DNA of 45,776 bases from Bacteroidota bacterium (GTDB taxonomy: Bacteria; Bacteroidota; Bacteroidia; Bacteroidales; B39-G9), in contig JAUVJB010000001.1 of NCBI GenBank assembly GCA_030592465.1, forward strand, positions 1 through 45,776, written 5' to 3'. The notes under the pieces were generated by a model, which was not told the origin of the DNA, ran no database searches, and saw only the letters and a program-made list of their open reading frames with translations. Positions 6,704-14,105 of this stretch are shown here, piece after piece (the first letter of the stretch is position 1; the number at the start of each line of letters is the position of its first letter). A program made the translations under genes and the position numbers.

Positions 6704-8467
6704 TTGAAGTACAAAGTTTACATAATTTTTTTAATACTATTTTTATGTATTAATATTTTGAAGTCACAAGATACTCTGTATCACCTTAATATCATTCAAG
6801 TAGATACTTGTAATACTTCTTTTTTAAAAAAATTAAACTATAAAACAAAATTCAACGATACAATTTCAACAAATAAAGAATTGAATAAAATTCTACAATA
6901 CTCATTTACAAAAGGGTTTTTATCATCAACTTTCGACAGTATTTCAAAAAACAATAATAATATTACTGCATATTTATATCTTGGCAGACAATATCTTTGG
7001 AATAGCTTATTGTTTAATAATATTGATAATACAGCCTTAAAAAAAACAGGTTTGAAAAAATCAAACTACTACAATAAACCTATTAACTACAATAAATTAA
7101 CACAGATTAAAAACAACTTAATTCAATATTACGAAAACATTGGTTATCCTTTTGTTTCAGTTCAACTTAAAAATATATCAATAAATAATAACTTAATAAA
7201 AGCAGATTTACAATTGACTAAAAATAATTTATTCACTATTGATAGTATTTACATAAAAGGTAATGCAAAAATATCTCCAAATTATATTTATAAATATATT
7301 GATATAAAACATAATGATTTATATAACGAAAAAAAAATTAAAGAAATAAACTCCCGCCTTAACGAGCTTAAATTTATTCAAATATCAAAACCTTACGAAG
7401 TTACTTTCACAAAAGACAAATCAGATATTTATTTATATCTTGATAAAAAAAATGCTAATCAATTTAACGGCATCATAGGATTTATGCCGAAAAATGAAAA
7501 AAATAACAATAAATTATCTTTAACAGGACAGGTGAAATTGCTGCTACTCAATTCATTAGGAAAAGGCGAAACATTTTTTATTCATTGGAATAAATTAGAA
7601 AAAACGTCACAAGAACTAACAACAAATATTATTTATCCTTATATTTTTTCATCACCAGTAGGAATTGATTTTAATTTTAATTTGTTTAAACAAGATACTT
7701 CATACCTTACAATTAACACAAATTTTGGTTTGCAATTTTTATTAAAACGAAACAATTACATAAAAACTTACTTTGAAACAAAAAACTCAAAACTACTTTC
7801 AATAACAAATATTATAAATGACAACATACTTAAAAATGCAGATTTTAATACAACAATCTATGGTTTATCATATAAATTCGGAAATTTAAACTATCAATTA
7901 AATCCTCGCACCGGTTTCGATATTTTAATAAATTTTGGGATAGGCGAGAAAAAAATTAAGAAAAATGCAAAATTACCCGAAAGTATTTACGATAATTATG
8001 ACTTAAAAACATCTCAAACTAAAGCATATTCCGATATATCATACTATTTCCCTGTTTATAAAAATATGATTATTAAAATTCAAAACCAATCGGGGATTAT
8101 TAGTAATATAAGCAATACAAACAAACAGCTGCTTAACAACGAACTTTTTAAAATCGGTGGTCTTAACACAATTCGTGGTTTTGATGAAAAATCAATTTTA
8201 GCCTCATCATACTCAATCATAAAGCTTGAATATCGATACTTGTTTGAACAAAATTCAAATTTTGTTTTATTTTTTGATGGAGCTTATTATGAAAAACAAA
8301 ATGAAACAAAACTAATATCTGATATCCCGTTTGATTTCGGATTTGGTATTAATTTTCAAACAAAAGCAGGTATATTTACTGCAAGCTATGCACTTGGCAA
8401 ACAATTTAACCAACCCATAAAAATAAATAACGCAAAAATAAATTTTGGTTATATTAACAAATTTTAA
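6704..8467 (+). CDS. Omp85-superfamily outer-membrane protein, TpsB/ShlB-FhaC-like (POTRA + beta-barrel); TTG start
   Basis: Signal peptide (M)KYKVYIIFLILFLCINILKSQ. POTRA-like segment FTIDSIYIKGNAKISPNYIYKYIDIKHNDLYNEKKIKEINSRL. Loop-6-type motif FKIGGLNTIRGFDE. C-terminal aromatic residue (F). At 587 aa it matches TpsB rather than BamA size. An in-frame TGA at 6689 leaves TTG 6704 as the only start before the signal peptide. Confidence 0.75.
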   Translation: MKYKVYIIFLILFLCINILKSQDTLYHLNIIQVDTCNTSFLKKLNYKTKFNDTISTNKELNKILQYSFTKGFLSSTFDSISKNNNNITAYLYLGRQYLWNSLLFNNIDNTALKKTGLKKSNYYNKPINYNKLTQIKNNLIQYYENIGYPFVSVQLKNISINNNLIKADLQLTKNNLFTIDSIYIKGNAKISPNYIYKYIDIKHNDLYNEKKIKEINSRLNELKFIQISKPYEVTFTKDKSDIYLYLDKKNANQFNGIIGFMPKNEKNNNKLSLTGQVKLLLLNSLGKGETFFIHWNKLEKTSQELTTNIIYPYIFSSPVGIDFNFNLFKQDTSYLTINTNFGLQFLLKRNNYIKTYFETKNSKLLSITNIINDNILKNADFNTTIYGLSYKFGNLNYQLNPRTGFDILINFGIGEKKIKKNAKLPESIYDNYDLKTSQTKAYSDISYYFPVYKNMIIKIQNQSGIISNISNTNKQLLNNELFKIGGLNTIRGFDEKSILASSYSIIKLEYRYLFEQNSNFVLFFDGAYYEKQNETKLISDIPFDFGFGINFQTKAGIFTASYALGKQFNQPIKINNAKINFGYINKF

Positions 8468-8558
8468 AGTCTATACTTGTAATTTAAAATCATTTGTTTT
8501 ACTTTTATAAAAATTTATTTAACTTTAACCATATTTTTTAACCAAAAAATATAAAAAA

Positions 8559-9065
8559 ATGAAAAAAATATCACTACTAATCACATTATTTATATCAATA
8601 AGCATTTGCAGTAATGCACAAGTTCCAAAGCTACAATCAATATTTATTTATAACTTTACTAAATATATTGAATGGCCTGCATCATATACTTCAGGTAATT
8701 TTATTATTGGCGTTATAGGGCAATCACCATTAATAAATGAATTAAACAACTTATCAAAATCAAAAAAAGTCGGGAACCAACCAATTGTTATTACTAAATT
8801 TAACAGCGTTTCTGAAATAAGCAAATGCAACATTTTATTTGTGCCAAAAAATAAAAGTTCTGAATTAAATGATGTAATAAATAAACTTAAGAGTACAAGC
8901 ACACTCATTATTACCGAAAAAGAAGGATTGGCAAAACAAGGAGCAGGTATTAACTTTGTTATTGTAGATAATAAACAAAAATTTGAATTAAATAAAACTA
9001 ATATTTCAAAATATAATTTAAAAGTTAGCACCAGCTTAACAAATTTAGCTATATTGGTTCATTAA
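8559..9065 (+). CDS. YfiR-family (DUF4154) periplasmic protein, paralogue 1
   Basis: Signal peptide MKKISLLITLFISISICSNAQ. The pattern IFIYNFTKYIEWP...FIIGVIG...CNILFV...TLIITEKEGLAKQGAGINFV...KFELNK...LKVS is recognised as DUF4154/YfiR. Confidence 0.7.
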   Translation: MKKISLLITLFISISICSNAQVPKLQSIFIYNFTKYIEWPASYTSGNFIIGVIGQSPLINELNNLSKSKKVGNQPIVITKFNSVSEISKCNILFVPKNKSSELNDVINKLKSTSTLIITEKEGLAKQGAGINFVIVDNKQKFELNKTNISKYNLKVSTSLTNLAILVH

Positions 9066-9112
9066 TTTGTTATAAAATAAAATATTTTTTTATTAAAATT
9101 ACACGAAAAAGA

Positions 9113-9547
9113 ATGAAAATAATTTTTATCATTTCTATATTATTATTAGCACCTTTTCTAATTTTTGCACAAAATGACGATACTCTTTCATACGAGTTTT
9201 CTATTGCCGATTTGCAACAAATAAATTTAATAACTGATACGTCTCAATTTTCATTTGAACCTACATATGATATTCCTATTGAAGATTTAATGAAGCTTAA
9301 TATTATTAAAGAACTAAAAATTGACACAACGTTTTCTTTTACAGACAATATGCCGTTAGACGATTTAGTAAAAATGAAAATTAAAATACACCAAAATAAA
9401 ACAACTGTTTCTCCCAATTATGACATGTCTTTAAAAGGAATTTTAGAAGTTACTGCTAACGAAGAATATGAAATTAAAACAAAAATAAAACTTTCTTATG
9501 ATTTATCATTAAATGGAATTATGAATATTGCTATTATTAAAAATTAA
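9113..9547 (+). CDS. Secreted protein built from five copies of a short [S/T/N][Y/F][D/E]..L.DL.... motif
   Basis: Signal peptide MKIIFIISILLLAPFLIFAQ. Five repeats, listed under the finding for this ORF. Same strand and tightly spaced with both YfiR genes. Confidence 0.6.
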   Translation: MKIIFIISILLLAPFLIFAQNDDTLSYEFSIADLQQINLITDTSQFSFEPTYDIPIEDLMKLNIIKELKIDTTFSFTDNMPLDDLVKMKIKIHQNKTTVSPNYDMSLKGILEVTANEEYEIKTKIKLSYDLSLNGIMNIAIIKN

Positions 9548-9560
9548 TAAAAAGAACACT

Positions 9561-10082
9561 ATGAAAAAACATAAACTTATTATTTTTTTATTATTTTTCT
9601 TGTCATTAACATCAATAAAATTGTACTCACAGGAAATTAAATTCAAAGCTATTTTTATATACAATTTTACCAAACATTTTGAATGGCCTCCTAATGCAAG
9701 GTCTGGTGATTTTGTCATTGGGGTAGTCGGTAAAGCACAATTATATGATAAATTAGTTCAAATGACAGCCTCAAAAAAAACAGGTAGTCAGTCAATTGTT
9801 GTGAAAAAATTTCGTTCCACAAAAGATATTACACAATGTCATATTCTATTTATTTCAGAATTTAACAGCGGTACAAACAGCATGAATACTGCAATTTCTA
9901 AAATTGGTAAATTTCAAACATTAATAGTTACAGAAAAAGAAGGAATGGCTTTAAAAAAAGCATCAATCAATTTTATTATCAAAGATCAAAAAATGCAATT
10001 TGAAATGAATAAAGTTAATATATCAAAATGCGGATTAAAAGTTAGTAAATATTTAGAAAATTTGGCTATTATTGTAAAATAA
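9561..10082 (+). CDS. YfiR-family (DUF4154) periplasmic protein, paralogue 2
   Basis: ORF 9528-10082 trimmed to the ATG at 9561 (MKKHKLIIFLLFFLSLTSIKLYSQ signal peptide). IFIYNFTKHFEWP...FVIGVVG...CHILFI...TLIVTEKEGMALKKASINFI...QFEMNK...LKVS is colinear with paralogue 1, with roughly half the positions identical by eye. Confidence 0.7.
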   Translation: MKKHKLIIFLLFFLSLTSIKLYSQEIKFKAIFIYNFTKHFEWPPNARSGDFVIGVVGKAQLYDKLVQMTASKKTGSQSIVVKKFRSTKDITQCHILFISEFNSGTNSMNTAISKIGKFQTLIVTEKEGMALKKASINFIIKDQKMQFEMNKVNISKCGLKVSKYLENLAIIVK

Positions 10083-10199
10083 ATTTTTTTAAAAAATATA
10101 TCAATGAAACCCACATGTTTTATAAACACAAACAAAAATAAATATAAATTCATCTATATGTGGATTCCATCAGACCCTAAAAATTAAAATTACATACTG

Positions 10200-12176
10200 A
10201 TGAAGATTAGATTTACAATCGTAAAAAAACTAACTGTAGGTTTTGGAATCTTAACTTTTGCTGTTTTATTAAATAGCCTGCTAATATATTCAACATTAAA
10301 TAATAGTAAAAAACTTAATGAGGAGATTATTAATATATACACTCCTTCGGTTTCATATTTAAACGATCTTTCTTTTTTAATTAATAACTCAAAAATGTTA
10401 ATTAAAAACTGGGTTTTTGTTGAAAGAAAAAGTGACACTCCCGACAAACTTAATCTAATTGAGATACATGAAGAAAAATTTCCCGAAATGATTAAAAAAT
10501 TATCAAAAATTAGTGAAAAATGGACAAAAAAGGAACAGGCAACTTTTCAAAACTTATCTGTCACTATTAAGGATACTTTATTTGTCAAACATAAAGAGAT
10601 AATGCAAAGTCTTAATTCTTTTGACAGCTACGACGATCCAATGGTTATTTTTGAAATAAATCCAATGGTTGAAGAAGGTGGTGAAGTCATTATTCTTTCC
10701 GACAATATTTTAAAAGAGCTCAATGCTTTATCTGAAAAATTAAATAAAAAAGCAAGTAACCGTAATGTTGAAATGATAAAATCTTTTGTTGGATTTCAAC
10801 GTTTCATCATTTTTTCATCTATATTCCTAATCTTAGCAGCTTTAATAATCGCTTATTTTACTACAACAAGCATAACACAGCCGATAAATTATTTAAAAAA
10901 ATTCCTGCTCACTATGACTAAAGGCATATTGCCAAAAGAAAAACTCAAAGCTAAAAACGATGAAATAGGAGATATGTCATCAGCTTTAAATACTTTTGTA
11001 AGTACATTAATTGAGACTTCGGAATTTGCTCTCGAAATTGGTAAAGGCAACTACAAAACTAACTACAAACCTATTAGCGAACAAGATATTCTTGGTAACT
11101 CATTAATTAACATGAGAAATAATCTTGAAAAGGCTGATGAAGAAGAAAATAAACGCAAACAAGAGGATGAACTAAGGAATTGGGATGCACAAGGAATAGC
11201 TAAATTAGGTGATATTTTACGCCAAAATAATGATAATATAAATAAATTATCATCTAATATAATGAGTTTTATTATTGATTATCTTAATGCTAATCAAGGA
11301 GCATTATTTATTCTCAGCGATAATCAAGAAGAAAATGAAAAATATTTTGAACTAAAATCTGCAATTGCTTATGGCAGGAGTAAATTAATGCACAAAAATG
11401 TCCCTTATAATGAAGGTTTAATTGGAAGATGTGCTTATGAAAAATTACCTATTTACTTAAAAGAAATACCGGAAAATTATTTACATATTACTTCCGGCTT
11501 AGGAACGTCTAACCCCAAAATTTTACTTATTGTTCCTTTAAAACTTAATGAAGATATTTTCGGCATCATAGAAATTGCCTCATTTAATGAAATTAAACAA
11601 TATCAAATTGACTTTCTTGAAAAAGCCGGAGAAAATATCGCTTCAACGATTTCAAGTGTTAAAGTTAATGAACAAACAGCACAACTACTTTCCGAATCAC
11701 AACAAAAAGGTGAAGAATTAGCAGCTCAAGAGGAAGAAATGCGACAAAATATGGAAGAATTACAAGCTACTCAAGAGGAATCCTCCCGACGTGAAGTAGA
11801 AATGAGGGATGTTATTGAAGCTATTAACAATACGGTTGGTAACATTGATTTTGATATGAACGGTTCTGTTATTAACGTTAACGATCGTTACTCTAAAATG
11901 ATTAGTGTTGCACCTGAAAATATTGTTGATAATAAACATATTGACCTTATCTCATCAGACTACAACGAAGAAGATGAAGATTATCAATCTCTTTGGATTA
12001 ACTTACGAAAAGGAATCCCTTGCGAAAAAAAATTCAAATACAATACTCCAAATGGAGATGTTTGGCTACATGAGACATTTACTCCTTTTAAAAATGCCGA
12101 TGGAGACTTCAATAAAGTTGTTGATTTAGTTATTGATATTACCGAAAATAAATTACTCGAAGATAAATTAAAATAG
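10200..12176 (+). CDS. Membrane sensor: 2 TM + extracytoplasmic helical domain + HAMP + GAF + coiled coil + one PAS; no catalytic or output domain
   Basis: TM1 ~aa 12-32, TM2 ~aa 199-221, HAMP ~222-275 (ITQPINYL...DEIGDMSSALNTF). GAF ~345-500 (ANQGALFIL...GLIGRCAYEK...LIVPLKLNEDIFGIIEIASF). Coiled coil ELAAQEEEMRQNMEELQATQEE. PAS ~545-655, ending DLVIDITENKLLEDKLK*. Confidence 0.8.
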   Translation: MKIRFTIVKKLTVGFGILTFAVLLNSLLIYSTLNNSKKLNEEIINIYTPSVSYLNDLSFLINNSKMLIKNWVFVERKSDTPDKLNLIEIHEEKFPEMIKKLSKISEKWTKKEQATFQNLSVTIKDTLFVKHKEIMQSLNSFDSYDDPMVIFEINPMVEEGGEVIILSDNILKELNALSEKLNKKASNRNVEMIKSFVGFQRFIIFSSIFLILAALIIAYFTTTSITQPINYLKKFLLTMTKGILPKEKLKAKNDEIGDMSSALNTFVSTLIETSEFALEIGKGNYKTNYKPISEQDILGNSLINMRNNLEKADEEENKRKQEDELRNWDAQGIAKLGDILRQNNDNINKLSSNIMSFIIDYLNANQGALFILSDNQEENEKYFELKSAIAYGRSKLMHKNVPYNEGLIGRCAYEKLPIYLKEIPENYLHITSGLGTSNPKILLIVPLKLNEDIFGIIEIASFNEIKQYQIDFLEKAGENIASTISSVKVNEQTAQLLSESQQKGEELAAQEEEMRQNMEELQATQEESSRREVEMRDVIEAINNTVGNIDFDMNGSVINVNDRYSKMISVAPENIVDNKHIDLISSDYNEEDEDYQSLWINLRKGIPCEKKFKYNTPNGDVWLHETFTPFKNADGDFNKVVDLVIDITENKLLEDKLK

Positions 12177-12500
12177 ACAAAAATTGTTAAATGGCTAAAT
12201 TGTTAAAACTTGTCAGGCTTTTGACTGATTGTTATAATAATTGTTCTTATATCTTAATAATAACTAACTGGTTTAAGTTTGTAACTTAAACCAAAGTTGA
12301 AAATTACTCGTGATAAGTAACTAAATATAAATAAATTACAAAATCCAACCGAATTTGGCTGTAATACCTTTTAATCTATTAATCTTTAAATCTTGTTTAT
12401 ATTTTTATGCATGATTTTTATACTTGACATGTTTGTCCCCAACTTTTGAACTTGACCCCAGAAAACAATATAACAATTTAACAATTTAGCAATATACAAA

Positions 12501-13568
12501 ATGAATATTAAACAGAGAATTGAAGCTTTTGCAAAACTTGGTAATTTTTTAGCTCAATTTGAAAATAATTCAACAAAAAAAAACAATTCACCTCTTAATA
12601 ATAAATTTTATGACGATTTTAATAAACTTATATCAATAATTGAAATCAAAAATCAATGGTTTACCATAAAACACGTAAGATATTCAATATCAGCAATTGC
12701 GAACTTACTAACTGAAAAGAATCTTTCAAAATGGATTAATAATTACCCGAATATTAATAACAACAACACAAAAAAAACAATAGGTGTTATTATGGCCGGC
12801 AACATTCCTCTTGTTGGATTTCACGACTTGCTTTGTGTTCTAATTTCAGGACATAAGTTTTTGGGTAAAATGTCATCAAAAGATAATCAATTGATAAAAA
12901 AAATTACTGAAATATTAATTTCAATTAATCCTGAATTTAAAGAACTAATTTCATTTACTGAACAAAATTTATCAAATTTTGATGCCATTATTGCAACAGG
13001 GAGTAACAATACATCACGATATTTTGAATTCTACTTTAAAAATTATCCACACATTATTAGAAAAAACAGAAATTCCATTGCAATACTCAATGGAAACGAA
13101 ACTATAAATGAGTTACATAATTTAGCAGACGATATTTTTCTCTATTTTGGTTTAGGATGCAGAAATATTTCAAAACTTTACGTACCCAACGACTATAATT
13201 TCGACATTTTTTTTAAGGCAATTAATCATTATAGAAACATCATAAATCATAAAAAATATGCTAATAACTACAAATATTATAAATCAATATTATTAATAAA
13301 CAAAACACCTCATCTCGACAACGGTTTTTTATTACTAAAAGAAGATTTTTCAATATCATCACCTATATCAACAATTTATTACGAAAAATATCACAACATC
13401 AATGATTTAACCAAAGCCATAAATCAAAACTTAGAAAATATTCAATGTATTGTAACAAACTGCAACGAATTTAAAAATAAAATAGAATTTGGACAAGCTC
13501 AAAAACCAGAGTTATGGGATTATGCCGACAATGTTGATACATTAAAATTTTTAATGCAGATTAATTAG
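12501..13568 (+). CDS. Acyl-CoA reductase, LuxC family
   Basis: The GVIMAGNIPLVGFHDLLCVLISGHK segment and ~355-aa length match the Bacteroidota LuxC-like acyl-CoA reductase family, as I recall it. Confidence 0.7.
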   Translation: MNIKQRIEAFAKLGNFLAQFENNSTKKNNSPLNNKFYDDFNKLISIIEIKNQWFTIKHVRYSISAIANLLTEKNLSKWINNYPNINNNNTKKTIGVIMAGNIPLVGFHDLLCVLISGHKFLGKMSSKDNQLIKKITEILISINPEFKELISFTEQNLSNFDAIIATGSNNTSRYFEFYFKNYPHIIRKNRNSIAILNGNETINELHNLADDIFLYFGLGCRNISKLYVPNDYNFDIFFKAINHYRNIINHKKYANNYKYYKSILLINKTPHLDNGFLLLKEDFSISSPISTIYYEKYHNINDLTKAINQNLENIQCIVTNCNEFKNKIEFGQAQKPELWDYADNVDTLKFLMQIN

Positions 13569-13588
13569 TGTCCATCCGTAAAGTCGAT

Positions 13589-13875
13589 TATACTTTGTGC
13601 GGTTATATTTTGCGTATTGTAATTTGCTTGCCCCGTGAAATTCTGATTTATCAGGTTATTTCATCAGGGTCATTTGTTTCACGTCATTTGTTGTCATTTA
13701 GCTTCGCTGCCTGTCCTGTGAAATTGTTTGCCAAGTGAAATGCAAAGCATATTTCACAATGGCGAAGCAATATTTCACGGGATCATTTGGCTTCATGGTC
13801 ATTCATAACTATTTAATGACAATCAATGACTATTAATGTCCGCCAGCTGGCGGATAAAATTATAACCGAGTGAAG
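13589..13875 (-). repeat. Composite intergenic repeat, copy C (inverted relative to copy B at 1439-1831)
   Basis: Its reverse complement is colinear with 1439-1831: TAAAATTATAACCG, gtcattgattgtcattaaatagt, the GTGAAAT/ATTTCAC cluster, and the caaaatataaccgcacaaagtataa end. It carries 3 exact GTGAAAT and 2 exact ATTTCAC, the same counts as copy B. Confidence 0.8.
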
Positions 13876-14105
13876 TATATAATAGACGGCATTGCGTCTC
13901 TACCTGTTTAAGATTGCTTCTCCGCCAGCTGGTGTATCGCAATGACGAAAACACACTTTTAGTAGTGGACACAACTTTATGATTTAAAAAAATGTGCTAA
14001 CCTGCCACATAATATTAAAAAAAATGCTTTTTTTTAAACTAAATTATTATTAACTTGCTTGCTGATAAATTTTTAGAATTTTTATAAACTTGAAATCGTA
14101 ACATT

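Noticed and set aside
8648-9031. 127-aa antisense ORF inside YfiR-1 (similarly 9509-9718 and 10190-10447)
   Set aside because: They are embedded opposite, or across the junctions of, ORFs with recognisable families. Long antisense ORFs are expected by chance in AT-rich DNA with this codon bias.
11905-12129. 74-aa same-strand out-of-frame ORF within the sensor PAS domain
   Set aside because: The main frame encodes a coherent PAS fold through this region.
1439-13875. Composite transposon or genomic island bounded by IS elements
   Set aside because: There is no transposase, integrase, recombinase or tRNA attachment site in or next to the block. The bounding repeats are non-coding mosaics whose modules also occur in other spacers. 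I kept it only as a structural observation.
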